Source of the DNA: Marsupella aquatica
Taxonomy: Eukaryota > Plantae > Marchantiophyta
Direction of reading: 5' to 3'
DNA: 64,000 bases
Assembly: GCA_973895155.1 (NCBI GenBank)
Contig: OZ316896.1
Coordinates: 7,635,278-7,699,277, forward strand
The position numbers were made by a program, and so were the translations under genes. Each line of letters begins with the position of its first letter. Position 1 is the stretch's first letter. The notes beneath the pieces were generated by a model. That model searched no databases, was not told where the DNA came from, and saw only the letters and a list, made by a program, of their open reading frames with translations. Positions 1 through 12,997 of the stretch are shown here, one piece after another.

Positions 1-851
1 ATCCGATCCATTCCTGCAAATGGAGTTTTCTGGAAATGCTCGCCTGTCTGTCGAGTTTATGCAATTTGTCATCGAGCTTGTCACTCGACCTCGTGATATT
101 TTTATGGATTGGACCGCTGGGGATGGAAGCTCCTTCATTGCTAGAGACTTCTCCGGGAGGTTTGTGCTTGGGATAGAACATAGAAAATTTATTGAAACCG
201 CTTTGAAGGTTTTTCATGGATTTGTTGTCTCCCAACGAGATTGCGGTTTTACCTCCACCTGTTCCTACTGCCGACAGAAAGAAGCAAGATAAGCTTCAGT
301 CAGTATTCAATTTTGACTCTGATGATGAGTCCAGTGAAGGTGGAGATGGCGAGGAACAAGGTACAGGGGACTCGGAGGAGGAAAAGGAAGAACCTTGTGG
401 ATCTCCAGATGAAACCGATAGTGATGACTCTTCCGAGTAATGTTCATAACTCGTAAACTTCTTTCTCCATTCCTGTCAATTTATAACATTTCTGTGTTGT
501 TTTGGAGAAGGCACCTAACCTACTGGATTTCGTTTCATCAGGTCAGAGTGGAATGCGAGGAGACATTTCAAACTGCGAAGGAGGGTTGCTAGACACAACA
601 TAGAAACACCAGAAAAACCTTTTGTTCTTCCCTCCTATGCAGAGAAAGCCGCAAGGAAAGCCGAGAGTACCAGGATGCATTGCTGGGAAAATAAAGGTCT
701 TCGGTTACAAAGGGGTGTTGACAGGAAGTTCATTAAACATCCTTATGTTGATGACTTCTCCCGCAGCCAGTACGTAGATGATGAGGTTGTGTCCATGGAC
801 AAATCCGAGAGTACAGATTCTGGTTCTAAATCAGAATCTACAGAATCGTGA
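1..851 (+). pseudogene. 3' exons of ParB/DNA-methyltransferase-like gene (SAM-binding motif I region plus acidic tail), frameshifted
   Basis: IELVTRPRDIFMDWTAGDGSSFIARDFSGRFVLGIE resembles the beta-class N4/N6 MTase motif X-I-II pattern (..PGD.VLDPFAGSGTT..A....R..IGIE). There is a frameshift near 210 and a GT..AG intron at ~437-541. Confidence 0.7.
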
Positions 852-1189
852 CACGTATTGAGGAATTTAGGGAGAAATGTTTTACCAACGCCTAGCGCTA
901 GTACCAACTTGTATTCGATTCCTCTCATTGGGTCCTTATAAATTAATGTCTCATTACTTGTGTTTTTTACAAGCGCCAGGCGCTCGCCAAATGGTGATTC
1001 ATAAAGCAAATATTTCCAGCTCTTATTTGTGTAACACGGCCGTTTGGTCTTTGTCGTGTCCTACCAACGGTCATCATAATGAGACAAATAGTAGGCAATA
1101 CATAGTATAATATACGTTTCGGATACCAACGGCCATTTCATTTAGGTCCGTTAGTTTGCCAAGGAAACCCACATGGACTGTATTTGGAT

Positions 1190-1470
1190 GATATTTTTGG
1201 ATCTCTCGGATTACATTTCCGTATCTCTTGTTGACAACATTTCTCTAAGACATTTTTGGATCTCTTGTTGACGGCATCTCTCTCGGACGACATTTTTGGA
1301 TCTCTTGTTGACGACAATTTTCAAGGATGACACTTGTCGCGGATGGCAAGTTTTCGGACCGACGACTGTTTTGGGACCGACGACCGTCTTCTCTGACGAC
1401 ACTTTTCGCGCACTTCAATTCTTGTAGTCGACAGTTTTTGGGCCCACGACCGTTTGCGGACCTTTTGCGG
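1190..1470. repeat. Subterminal tandem repeats (TTTTGGATCTCTTGTTGAC and GGACCGACGAC units)
   Basis: Repeated units are visible directly and are mirrored at ~13560-13830. Confidence 0.75.
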
Positions 1471-1614
1471 AAGATATAGTTCGGGCATTGTCGTGATTTT
1501 CTCTTAAGTTATAAAAACATTGTTTGTTTTAATATGTTATAGATTATATAAGTAGTTTAGTAGTTAGATTATTAAATTTAGACTTTATTAACTTCTTTAG
1601 CTATATTAACGGAC

Positions 1615-1875
1615 TACAGTAGTTTCACCAATACATATGAGTAGTTCTACCAACGCACAATAGTTCTGCCAACGCACAGTAGGTCCACTAACGCATACTA
1701 GTTCCACCAACGCATACTAGTTCCACCAACGCATAGTAGTTCCACCAACGCATAGTAGGACCACCAAAGCACAGTAGTTCCACCAACGCATAGTAGGTCC
1801 ACCAATGCACAGTAGTTCCACCAACGCATGGTAGTTCCACCTACTAAAAGTAGTTTCACCAACTATGAACAGTAC
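1615..1875. repeat. Minisatellite, ~19-21 bp unit TAGTTCCACCAACGCA(T/C)AG
   Basis: About a dozen head-to-tail degenerate copies with no unique spacers. Confidence 0.9.
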
Positions 1876-2720
1876 TAGCACACTCTTAGGTATTTGATGC
1901 TTGCCACTTGGCCTTCATCCAAGTGCTTGGGCTTGATCCATGCCCTCTTGGTGTGCACTATAAATAATTAAAGTGGTGAGGGGCACTCTCCCCTCATTTC
2001 GCAGTGTTTATCATTCAAGATTGTGAAGCTTTTTGCGCCTTAACATAGTAGTGGGGCATCCTTTGGCCTGGATAGCAAAGAAATAGGAGAGTCATCATGA
2101 ATCTAGGAGAGAGAGTTATCCCTGATCTTCCCCTTCGTAATCCGTTTTTAATTAGAGTCCATCTTTTAGACAAACGATCCATGAGGCAACACTTAACCTA
2201 TTATTTTGGAACTCAGTTTGCAACTGTTGTTATGGCTTTAAATGAGCCAATAGTATACCCAGTAGTGTCGTACCGAGAAGAGTGAGAGTGCATTATCTTT
2301 GTCCTTTATTGAAGTCATGGATCTAAATAGGAGTCCAGATGATATTCCTGTTTCATTTTCTCTTGAAGATATTAGGATCATATGTTGTAAGAAAACTAAT
2401 TTTTGTGATGTGTTGGTCCGCAAGTATGGTGAAGTAGGGTTTAACAGTATTTTAGTTTCACTTGAACCTTTCTTAATACCCACTACCCTTGTTACTAGAA
2501 TTATCATTTTGGTTTTAGTGTAGAACTTATGGGCATGCAAAGTTAACTTTATAAGAGCCAACATGCTCTTACCAAAAAACACGGTCACCCGGACAGCGTT
2601 TTGCGAGAGACATTTTTTGCGGACCTCTTCTTTCGGACCCACGACCGTTTGCGAACCTTTTGCAGACAATTTTTGCGTTCTTTCAATGGGAAAGTTGATC
2701 TTGATTGGGCTCTATTCAAC

Positions 2721-3133
2721 ATGGAGAGAAACGGTGAGCTCATGGATTGGGAGGCAACGTTCCTCCGTTCTTGTGTGCGTCCGGAAGAGAGCCATTTCAA
2801 TTCTTTTGAGTCACGGATGGAGACTGAAGAGACTGAAACCTCTACTTTCCAGAACCGTCACGCTCTACCATATGATGAGGCTATTAGTCCTAGAGAAAAG
2901 AACATCTTGTGGATCGTCAATTCTCCTTTGCTCCCATTCGCAAGCAGGTTCTCGTCTCATCAGGCTGTTTCTGTTGATGATGTACTGCCAATCAATAGGA
3001 GAGTTCAAGAAATGTTTGGGCGAGTTGCCAATCAATAGGAGAGTTCAAGAAATGTGGACAGTAATATTCCCAATGAAGGTTTTACAAGGGCAGTGCGTTG
3101 GGGTCCTTCTGAGAGATACATTTGATTGCGTGG
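2721..3133 (+). pseudogene. Disrupted copy of the small MULE cargo ORF (homologue of 12998..13459)
   Basis: MERNGELMDWEA... matches 12998..13459. It has a ~30 bp internal duplication at 2986-3056 and is truncated by the insertion at 3134. Confidence 0.7.
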
Positions 3134-6100
3134 TGTGATGCCTAGCCAGGAATCACTAGCCCAGTATAAATGGTAAAAATCAGGAGTGTACCCTGGAAAC
3201 ACATTAGTATAGTAACAAAAAACAAGAAAAATATAAACAATTGAGGGTAACTATGCAACCCGAGCCGAGGCCGGAAGTAAGGACATCGGGGGAGGGAACA
3301 CGATTAAGGTTAGGGCGCGCTAAGTACCGGCGGCTATGGGTAACTAACGGGCAGGAAGACCAGGCAGGAGGGGGGTAAGGATCGATCGCAAGGAATGGTG
3401 GCTCATTTGCAAGCACGAACTAAGCAGACGACTACGTGAAGCCAACTACTGTCAGCTACTTAGGCAAGCACTTGGGGCGGGAGCAAATACCGACTATCAA
3501 TTCAAAGAAGGGAATGAGCAACGTCAATCAAGCTGCTCATTTTTGGGGATGCTTGTTAGAACGGGCAACTGAGTACATTGGGACCTACGAGGACAAAGAA
3601 TCGGAAAAAGCCACTCGAGAAGGGCAAGAGCTCGCTCGATTGTGGGAGCTGCAGAAGTCTACCTTCTTAGGAGGAGAACTCATCATGGCTGAATTCCTGT
3701 GGACACCTACTGGCGACAAACTCGACGACCTTCTATTTTGTGAGAACATAATAGTCGACATTCGGGAAGCCATCAACCGCTTCAACAACACACACTGGGA
3801 GTTGAAGGGTAGCACGGAGGGGTGGACGAAGGCAACCGTCCTTGGAGAAACATCCACGGCAGCAGCTATGAAGAGGAAAGGGAACGCCAGCAAAGAGACC
3901 ACCCCTACAAAGAGAACGAGGTCGGCGGCACCCAGGAAGCCAGGGAAGCAGGAGGCAAGGAGAAGCCGAAGAAGAGGAGGTCAACCCATCAATGTTGTTC
4001 CAACAAGGGCTGACATCTGGAAAGGCTAGGAGGTGACCCTCCCCGAGGGAGTGCAATTACACTTTGCACAAGAAGAGGATGCATGCTTTACGGCTATGCA
4101 GACTCGGAAGTACCACGGCTTCATGGCCGGATCCGGCTTGGAAGCCTTCGTGAAATTACCATGGCTGAAGCCGGAGGTGACGGATTCAGACTTATTAGAA
4201 TTTGTGGGATCTTGGGAGCCCGAGACCAATTCCACAAGGGTGTATGGGAAGGAATTCTATCTCACTCCCTGGGTGATTGCCGAAGTGTTTGGCTTGCCAA
4301 TGGGCAATAAGACCAAAGTAGATACCCGGAAGACCTTGCCAAACAAGGAATTCTGGTCGTTTCCAGGGCCATCAACAAAGAATGGCTTCTTCCGAAACAC
4401 CTGCACCAACCCGCACATCGGAGAAATGATTGATTTCTTGCAGGTAACCATGCACTGCAACTTGCCAAGGGCAGAGATTGGCAAGGCACAGGTCTACCTG
4501 GCGGAGAGGCCAGACCCAAGCCGGGACTACAACGGGTACCTCCTCACCCAACTAAAGAAGATCTTGAAGGAGGAACAGTAGGCGATCGGCATGGGAAGCA
4601 TGTCTTGGCTTGGCTATCACATGCCACTGTTGTGCCGATATGCCCGAAGTAAGATCTTTGCCCTGGTACTTCCACTGCAAGCAAGGGTACCAGAGGAGGT
4701 TCCACAACAGAGGCCGGCAACAGAGAAACCAAACCAGCCCGACAGTCCTACAATCAAGCAAGTGTTTAGGCCGAGGACGGAAGACTTGCCGATGCAACAA
4801 CCAGGCATGCAGAATCTGCTGAAATTGCTGGAGAAGGAAAAGAGAACGGCAATGGCAATGGCACAAGTATAAGACACTCCTTCAAAGGTTAGCCTAAGCC
4901 AACTCATGAAGGAAAACCCCTTTATTGGAGCCAAGGAAAGAAGGAGGCCGAAACACAAGCCGGGGGTTTGAATGTATGTAGGAGCCTCGAGTCCAGAAGC
5001 CGAGGGAAGGCAGCCTAAGGCTCTTGTTCACGGGAAACAGAGGGAGAAGACAGCCTGGAAGCCAAAGGAGGAACTAGGACCTGTGAGCTATGATCGGCAG
5101 GAAGCCGTGTTCACAACAAGACCAGGAGAGCAACGAGGGGAGTTGTTAGTCCAAGTTGGGGAGGAGGTGGTAGAGGACTACGGCAATGATGACTCTGGCT
5201 ACGGGTCGGACCATCATGTCCTAGGAATAAGGACCTGTGGCTACTTCATCCCCACGCTTTCAAGAGTAGTTTGAGTGGACCCCACCCAGCAGAGCAGCCC
5301 CGAGTCTCCCCCACCAGATGTCGCTCCCCCAAGCTTTGACAAAATAAAGCAGGCGGCACAGGAATTTCAAGAGCAACTCAAGGAGGAAGAGAAGGCAGCC
5401 CTAGCTAGGGAGAAAGATTTACTAGGAGGAGAATGGCCAGAGGACATCAGGCGGCTTGCAGAAAAACAAAGCAGCCCTCCAGCCACGATAGAAGAAATCC
5501 GCAAGGCGGCTTGGGAACAAAGGCCACGGTGGTTGATGCCGATGACTTCTACTCACTCCACCTATGCTAAAGAAAGAGCCATGGAGTACAAAGAGATGTG
5601 TGGGGAACTTGCACTCAGCATCTTTGGGGAGGAGTTGGAGCAAGGACCCTTTTTCCAGAGGGAGATGTTGGAGAAACGCCGATTGGAAGAAGCGGTGGCT
5701 TTGGAGAGAAGAAAGAAGGACGAGGTTATCTGTCGGCTTAGGGCAAGGGAAGCCAAGGTGGAAGACCTGAAGGCGGAAAGGAAAGCCCAAGATGAGCTGC
5801 GGATTAAGCGGCATGAGCTAAACATCATGCAGGGGCAATTGGATACCGCTCAGTCTGATAATCAGATTATCAAGGATAAACTGACTCGAATCCAGGGGAG
5901 TTGGCCAATGCGGTCAAGGAGAGGGAGAAGGGGAAGCGGGAGCTAAGGGATGCAGAGGAGGCCCACATAGCAGCCAACAATCGGGCCATGGCGGAAACCC
6001 AAAGAAGGGAGAGGGCATTGAAGGGGGAGCTCGAGGATATCCGTGGAGTCCTTGAGCAAAAGGAGGCCAAGTTAGGGAAATCCTATCAAGGGATTATTGT

Positions 6101-7350
6101 GCTGCAGGAGGAGCTTGCATCCCTGACGGCCAGCTTCAAGGCTGACTTGCGTGAGAAAGATGACCAGCTCGATCAGACTTATGCCAAGATGAATAAAATG
6201 GAGTCTGAGGTCGTAGCGGAGCTTGAGAAGGAGCTAAGAGCAACCCAAGAGGAGAGGGCTACCTTAAAGAAGGATTGGAGGAAGCCCAGAAGGAGCTGGA
6301 AGAGGCACGCAAGGACCTGGACGAAGTGCAGGAGGAGTTGGAGGAAAGCATGAGGAAGATGGAGAACTTACAGCGGCAAGCCGACAACCAAACGGAGCGG
6401 CTAAAGAAACAAGCCACAATATTTAAGTGTTTGGCTTCATCAAGTCCAACTCCAATTGGGGCAACCAAGTTGCCAGGCGTAGTACTGGCCAAAGGTCAAG
6501 CCACATCACTCGCACCAGTGCCGGAGATAAGTGGCAAGGGGAAGGGACCAGCTGCCAAAACAGGGAAGAAGAAGAAGCGGAAACCTTCTGGGTCAGGGAG
6601 TAATGCGGCTTCTCAAGCCATCATGACCAAGGAGGTAAACCCGGCACCAACCGCAGGCAGGGTCACGACAGAGGATCCAACTGCCCTAGAAGGCGGGGAT
6701 GGCAAAGCCGAGGCCAAGACACTCAGTGATGAAGCCGGGGTACTGGATCCGCCACTAGAGCATGTCAGGGAGGCCGTGGCTGATGCTGAGGCCAAAGCCG
6801 AGGGTGGACCGGTCAGGCCGCGGGTGAGTTGACTGGGTCTGGGGCAGGTAATTTGTCAGTGGATGGACCTACGGCAGTGGTTGCGGAGGAAGCATTGGGG
6901 GCGTCCATTGAGGATCAGCCACCGCTACCATGACGGTGGTGGAGGGCCACTCCTTTTAAGGAGGGCGGACGTGGAGGGAGGAGGCGTGAGTGGGCAGGGC
7001 GGGCTTAGATCTCCAAGTTTAGAATTAGGATCAGGACCAGGAGGTGACCCTGACACTTAGATTAGTGGGATTGCGGATCCATTGGTAAGAGCAACACTTG
7101 TGCTCCTGCCTCGCTGTACATTGGTAGATTATAGTTAGGATAGATTAGGCTTACATTGCAGAGAATTAGGCGGATCCACTGCTAGGATAAGTACTTGGGC
7201 AGTGGGGAGTTCAGGGCCTTCTTTCTTAGCAAGTTTTTAGTGCACCAGCAGGGCTGGGATCAAGTAGTAAAAGAAGCTCTCGGTTAGTTATATTGTGACC
7301 CTTGTGTATATTCATGTTTCCTCATGCCTAAGAGATGAATAGAGTTGGCC
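3134..7350 (+). mobile_element. Long ORF-bearing LTR-like unit (Gypsy-type), 3'-truncated; right boundary approximate
   Basis: Starts TGTGATGCC exactly where MULE copy A homology stops. The same start occurs at 11667, and a similar start, ORF content and TTTAGTGCACC motif occur in the TSD-flanked unit at 40201-44176. Confidence 0.6.
3436..6832 (+). pseudogene. Retrotransposon accessory ORF: plant-transposon-protein/Athila-ORF-like domain followed by long coiled coil; several stops and frameshifts
   Basis: GLEAFVKLPW...LLEFVGSW...RVYGKEFYLTPWVIAEVFGLP (4033..4581) parallels 41324..42028. ORFs 5275-6832 are E/K/R-rich heptads. Confidence 0.6.
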
Positions 7351-7430
7351 TCACGGCTTAGTTCGCAAATCTTGTGTATGAGAAGTACTGTTTGTATGGC
7401 AAGTGCATGGTATAATTCAGTCAGAATGAG

Positions 7431-9899
7431 TCATTTTGCTATTCGATCCACCTTCACTACAGGATTTGACTGCCCTGAACTTCCAATAGACTGTTTCCTT
7501 CGCCCAGGTTGTTTCTTCAATGGACTTTCCTCTCCACATGGTAGATCCAGAAATCTAGATCTATTACATATTTAGCTGTGGAAGACAATTGAATCAACTG
7601 TGCCTTTCGCTTGATGTCTTCAAATGCAACTTGACTATCCCCCTCCTCCTACAAACAACACACAGAAAACCACCCGATCGCAACAATAGCAATGGTGATG
7701 ACGGCCAAGAGTTAGATATACCTTGATGCTATACATGTGGCACACTAGCAAGCCAAGAATACAAAGTAAAAGCATACCACACTAGCTAAAATACCTTGGA
7801 ATATTTTACAGTCAAAGTCTTTTGCCGGTCTCTCTCCTTATCTTGCCTGGCCTTCAGCTTTCACCCCCCTCTCTGTACAAGTACTCCTACAATTGTTTCT
7901 CAAAAGACTTTGTCCGACCTCCCAACCCCAACGTTACCTCCAATCAATCAATTTTGGAGATGAATGCGCCAAGCCCCAACTTTGCAACCAATGAGGGTGA
8001 AAACTTTCATCACAAGCTACACATCGTGGAGTTTCACAGTCAGATTTTGATACTAAAGGCACAAGACACACTGGATGGTAACAATGCCCACATGAGGTGG
8101 GAATAAAATTTTGGCAGTGAAATCCCAAGAAACACACGGCACATGGAGACATCTTGAATGGATGTTGTCATAATTGCAGAGCCGTTGGAATGAATTGAGG
8201 TTTCAAGGAATGAAACTCCCCCTGAAAATGGTCTATAAACTGTGATTTCTTCTCAGCCTCGCAACATTCCAAACTCTGATCATAGACCTATTGCCTAGTT
8301 GTCAGATCCTTGAGTCTTTGCACTCCTTTCTCCTTCTCTATACTTGCCCAACTTGCCAAAACTCCCAAGGCCTCAACTTCTGAGTTAGCATAGCGAAGCC
8401 TTTTTGCAGCATTTCAACCTGTGCCAAAATTAATCATCATAGTTTAGAACAAATCATGGTAATATTCACAGCTAACCTTGATGGCAATGTGGGAGTAAAG
8501 ACTCCTAAATACGATATCATTCCGGCAAAAATCAGGACATCTCCTCAACTGTGACTTACATACACAGAAATACCTACTACCAGAATGTAAGGAATGGTAC
8601 CTCAGACTCAAGTTTGACCAGTTCTTCTATGAGATCATTGTCCTGTTGCTCTAATTCCTGCACCTGCTCCTGAGCATCATGGTCCTACACATCCCCGAAA
8701 TCAAGTTGTTAGTATTTGCTGTAATTACAACAAGAACAAATTGTAACAGTTGTGAAAGAAATTCATAATGCAACACTGTTATCTACCTGTTCATCCATGT
8801 TTGCTTTGCAGTCATCAAGCTCCATTGCAACGGCCTCCTTCTTGTCCAAAACAATTTGCAGCTCTCTTTCCCTCGCATCGAATTTGGCCTGCTAAGTAGG
8901 AATATGAGCTTCAACCTGCTCGATATTCTTCTGATTTTCTTCCACCAACTGTGCATTCTTCTCAACCACCCGGGTGACCTCTTTGATACTTTCCAAAACT
9001 TTCAGACAATGAACTTTCAGGGATTCGATTTCACTATCCAAGCAATCCAACATGACACAAACAAAAGTTCCTTGCTGAAGTTCATACAGTTTCTCAGTAG
9101 TTTCTGTAGGGACCTTGGCGGTACATACAGATGAGAAAATAGTACTTCTCAGGGATGCGATAGATGTGGTTGCTGGAGCAGATGGGGGCTCCTCTGTTGT
9201 CATTGCAGGAGCAATCTTCTCGTTGTCCTGCCCAGCTGTAGCTTCAACCCGTTCTAGACTACATTGACTTGGCTGCTTGTAAACAATATCTGGCCTTACA
9301 ATCGGCGGACCAAATGGTCTTGGTTTCTTGTCCGTGAAGGCTTTGTGAATATGATTCTTATGCTTGATATCAGCAAAAGAAGCCCAATTCACAGGTTTTT
9401 GGAGAACAAAATGAGCATACAGACCCTTTATTAAAGTCTTGCCCAACATCCCATTCAAAGGGCTGCTTTCATGCCCAATTAAAACATGCGTCAAATGCAC
9501 TATTTCCTCTTGCGGAATGCCTGGGCAAGTACTCAGGTGAGCGCCGTTATGGGATAACGCTCCAAAACACTTCTATAGCATAGCCTTGGAGATGAGAGAA
9601 TCTGGGATTGCACCAGGTTTCAGCCCGTGGTCAGGAAGAGAACATACTTTGGTCCAAAAATCTTTAGGTTTCCTGAAGTCTTCCTCCCGCCAAGGAATCC
9701 ACTCGTCATTGGAGGATCATCAATGACCTTTCCTTTCTAGAGTGGTACAAGCTTTGCAGATTTCTTGCTCTCTACTGCTGCTCATAGAGCACTTCCGTGA
9801 CCAGGCTGCCTTGCCGCTATTGCTGCTCACCTTAACTTGAGCCTCCCCTGCCTCTTCTGCCACTACTACCTCTATCAGTTCCTGCCCTTGGGATGCCAT
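7431..9899 (-). pseudogene. Multi-exon pseudogene: N-terminal domain of unknown function, coiled coil and RING finger
   Basis: CAVC...SCGHCYHPVC...RCVAC RING spacing in 7934..8152. The frame from ATG 9899 runs through in-frame stops into 8892..9500, and short exons lie between. Confidence 0.6.
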
Positions 9900-10719
9900 C
9901 GCTCCCACCTTCCCACCTCCAATGCCCCTGACCTCAACGAGCGACCTCTTCTACCAATGTTGAAGCAAAAAATTCAGCCTCAAACTTTTGAGAACATTTG
10001 AGCAAGCAATGAAAGAATGAGCCAAAAGCAAGCCTCAAGCTTCCGCAACCTCAAATGTCCGTAGCCTTGAACGTCCACAGCCCCATAGTCTCAGACTTCC
10101 GTAGCCTTGCACTTCCGCATCCCTATAGCTTGCAGCCTCAAACGCCTCAAACAAACGGCTTCGACAAAATCTTCTCGTCGTCTCATTTCCTTCACAAATT
10201 CAGGCCTCGGGGCATTTCCTTCACATTGCGCCTCAAGCATTTCCTTTCACATTGCATTCTACTTCACATCGCCACATCGCACTCTGTTCAAAGTTGAGCA
10301 TTTGATTCTCCTGCACTTTTGCAATGGCGTACCTCATACATGATCACCGTTAGATCTCATCTAACGGTTGCAATTTATTTTCTAACTCAAGGTACAAGTT
10401 TGGAAAGGCTGCCCACACCTGAACTGATGGATGAGTAAATAAACATCAACGGTGCTTGCATTATTTTGATTATCCTTTAACCTTACTTATGAGGGTTGGT
10501 AACCAGAGTTTATTACTCGGAGACCCATAAACACTTACTTATTGGTGCATTGCAAGATTGAGGACTACCAAAGGAGGCAAAAAGTCTCCAATCCTTTCAC
10601 TAATCCAAAGGACTGTCAATGGCCAAGATTAGCACATCTAAAGTCAAAAAGGACTTAAACAAATCAAATGCGTATAAGACGCATTCATTAGTATTTCAGC
10701 TCCCGAGGTAACCCCTTTC

Positions 10720-10949
10720 TTGTCGCAACTATAATTTATGAGTGAAGGACAACCGGTTCTCTAGGAGAGTGCTGGCGCTATTAGTTCTGCGTGGAGGACT
10801 TTTCAAAAACAAGGAGTCAAAGTCCTTTGGGGAAACTCATTTTTTGTCCCGACATGTAATTTATAGTTGGACAACTAGTTCTATGGGAGAATGTTGTCGG
10901 CGCTACTAGTTCCGCAGGGAATTTTCAAAATCTAGGAATGAGAGTCCTT
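10720..10949. repeat. Two degenerate ~105-110 bp direct repeats
   Basis: ...TAATTTAT..GGACAAC..GTTCT..GGAGA..GGCGCTA.TAGTTC..TTTTCAAAA..AGTCCTT occurs at ~10720-10828 and ~10844-10949. Confidence 0.7.
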
Positions 10950-11666
10950 CTCACTTAGGCGCGAGCTACAATTTGTTTAGAAAGTATCAAAGCCAAGCGC
11001 AAGGGTCCATACTTAGCCTCGTGAAGCACAAGATGGATGCCTCTATGAGAATTCATTCAAGAGCAGTCGTGCGATGATGTGAGATTCAAGATGTTCTAAT
11101 TTGTGTTGCCTTCAAAGCATGGGGAATGAGCTCATGCAACAAGGAGGGTAGGGTTTACTTGAAGCTCTGCCAAACAGCCAATCAAGCTGCATATTTAATT
11201 TGCGTCTGAAGCTTTGCGGATGACATTCAAATCCAAGCATGAGCAAGGGGAATGAGCGCAAAAAGGAGGGCAATGAAGCTGCAAGTTTTATTAGGGTTTG
11301 AAGCATTGCTGATGATGATGGGAACTTTGGGAAAGAGTGCAAAGGAGGTCTGAAGAGGATCAAAGGGTTGAACATTGACTCAAATCACTCACTAGCAGCC
11401 ATCATTGGCAGAATTGAGGTAAATATATGCCTCAATGCTTTTGTTTTTGAAGAGGAGATTTTTCTTTGCACTGAAGAAGCAAGGACGTTGGACAGAGTAT
11501 GTGATGATTGACAGAATCAGAGTAGCTTAAATTTTGAAAGGCTTTGTTTGATAACAAGAGTTCAAGTTGCGTTAAAGTTTGGAATGACCAACAGTGGCCT
11601 TTAAAATACCTAGCCTTGTGGAACGCAAAATAGGTAGCAACTCTGGAAAGTTCTATGATTGGGTTA

Positions 11667-12339
11667 TGTGATGCCTAGCCAGGAATCATTAGGCCAGTTT
11701 AAATAAAAAATCAGGAGTATACCTTAGGAAACACCTTAGTATAGTAACAAAGATAGGGAAATATAAACAATTAAGGATGACTATGGAACCCGAGCCGAAG
11801 TAAGGACGCCAGGGAAACATGATTAGGGTTAGGGCGCGCTAAGTACCGGCGGCTACCAACGGGAAGGAAGACCAGCCAAGGGGGGGTAAGGACCGAGCGC
11901 AAGGACTGGTGGCTCATTTGCAAACACAACCCAAGCGAACGACTACGAGAGGCCAATTGCTGTCCGCTGCTCAGGCAAGCACTCGGGGTGGAAGCAGATA
12001 CCAACTCATTACGGCTGAATTCTTGTGGACGCCTACTGCCAACAAACTCGACGATCTTCTATTTTGTGAGAACAAGATAGTTGGCATCCGGGAGGCCATC
12101 AACCGCTGCAACAACATACACTGGGAGTTGAAGGGTAGCACAGAGGGGTGGACGAAGGCAACCATGCTAGGAGAAACATCCACGGCAGCCGCTATGAAGA
12201 GGAAAGGGAACAACAACAAAGAAGCCACCCCTGCCAAAGAACGAGGTCAGCGACACCCAGGAAACCAGTAGAGCAGGGAAGTAGGAGGCAGACGGAAGCC
12301 GAAGAGGAGGAGGTCGACCCTGTCAATGCCATTCCAACG
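11667..12339 (+). mobile_element. Second, truncated copy of the LTR-like unit starting at 3134
   Basis: TGTGATGCCTAGCCAGGAATCA start. ORF 11909..12271 matches 3436..4029 with an internal deletion, and homology stops at ~12339. Confidence 0.8.
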
Positions 12340-12997
12340 GGGAATTTACAAACGACAGCAAACAGATAACAATAATAGCAAACAGTTACTGTTATCAGCT
12401 AGAAGAAACTGTTACCAATGAACAGTGTTTTGGGTAGCAATGAACAGTGATCATGAAAAAAGTGGACGAAAGATGCGTTTCAAACTACTAGTATAGAAAT
12501 CAATACGATCAAATTCGCGTGAAAGGAAATTGGACTAGACGGAATCATGTAATTTACAACAAATAAAACCGTCTCACAATTGAGATAAACAAAATCCGAG
12601 ACCAATATATGTCAAAATGCTCAGGGAAAAAATAAAATTGCCATATATAATCGCAAAGTACATAACGCGTTCGGCGCAGGTCCAAAAAACGCACATATAA
12701 GTTCAAACCTGCATGCCTAGAAATCTGATATACAGAAGCCACGGTCGCCCCCGGCTGAGGATTTCCAGTAAAACAAAAGCAGTGTTGGGCGCTAGCCAAC
12801 AACTTCAGGAAAAACTATGGAATTCTTGAAGACAACATCCGGGAAAAACCCTAACAACTAAGCCGAGGACGACTCCATCCTGAAACATCGAAAGAGCTTA
12901 AGCAGCGCTCGGCGCTAGCTTAAAGTGATCACCAAACTAAACAATGCGATGCCGTTCTTCGTGAAAAACCGGAGGAACAAGCAATAAGTGATTGCAT

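Larger units (their letters stand above)
1..3133 (+). mobile_element. Partial copy A of the MULE-like element (3' end of the ParB-MTase cargo gene, subterminal repeats, small ORF); runs off the window start and is cut at 3134
   Basis: 1-~1450 and ~2580-3133 are the reverse complement of ~13600-15014 and ~13067-13600. ORFs 216..440 vs 14572..14796 and 2601..3038 vs 12998..13459 are near-identical. Confidence 0.85.

Noticed and set aside
1615-1875. CRISPR-like array
   Set aside because: Head-to-tail minisatellite without unique spacers, no cas genes, eukaryotic context.
11112-11660. hAT transposase fragment
   Set aside because: Only a vague resemblance (MLQTLIKLA); no diagnostic motifs or termini could be supported.
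3134-12339. 3134 and 11667 as the paired LTRs of one retrotransposon
   Set aside because: No PBS, PPT or gag/pol lies between them, and the copies differ by many substitutions and a deletion. Separate insertions are more likely.
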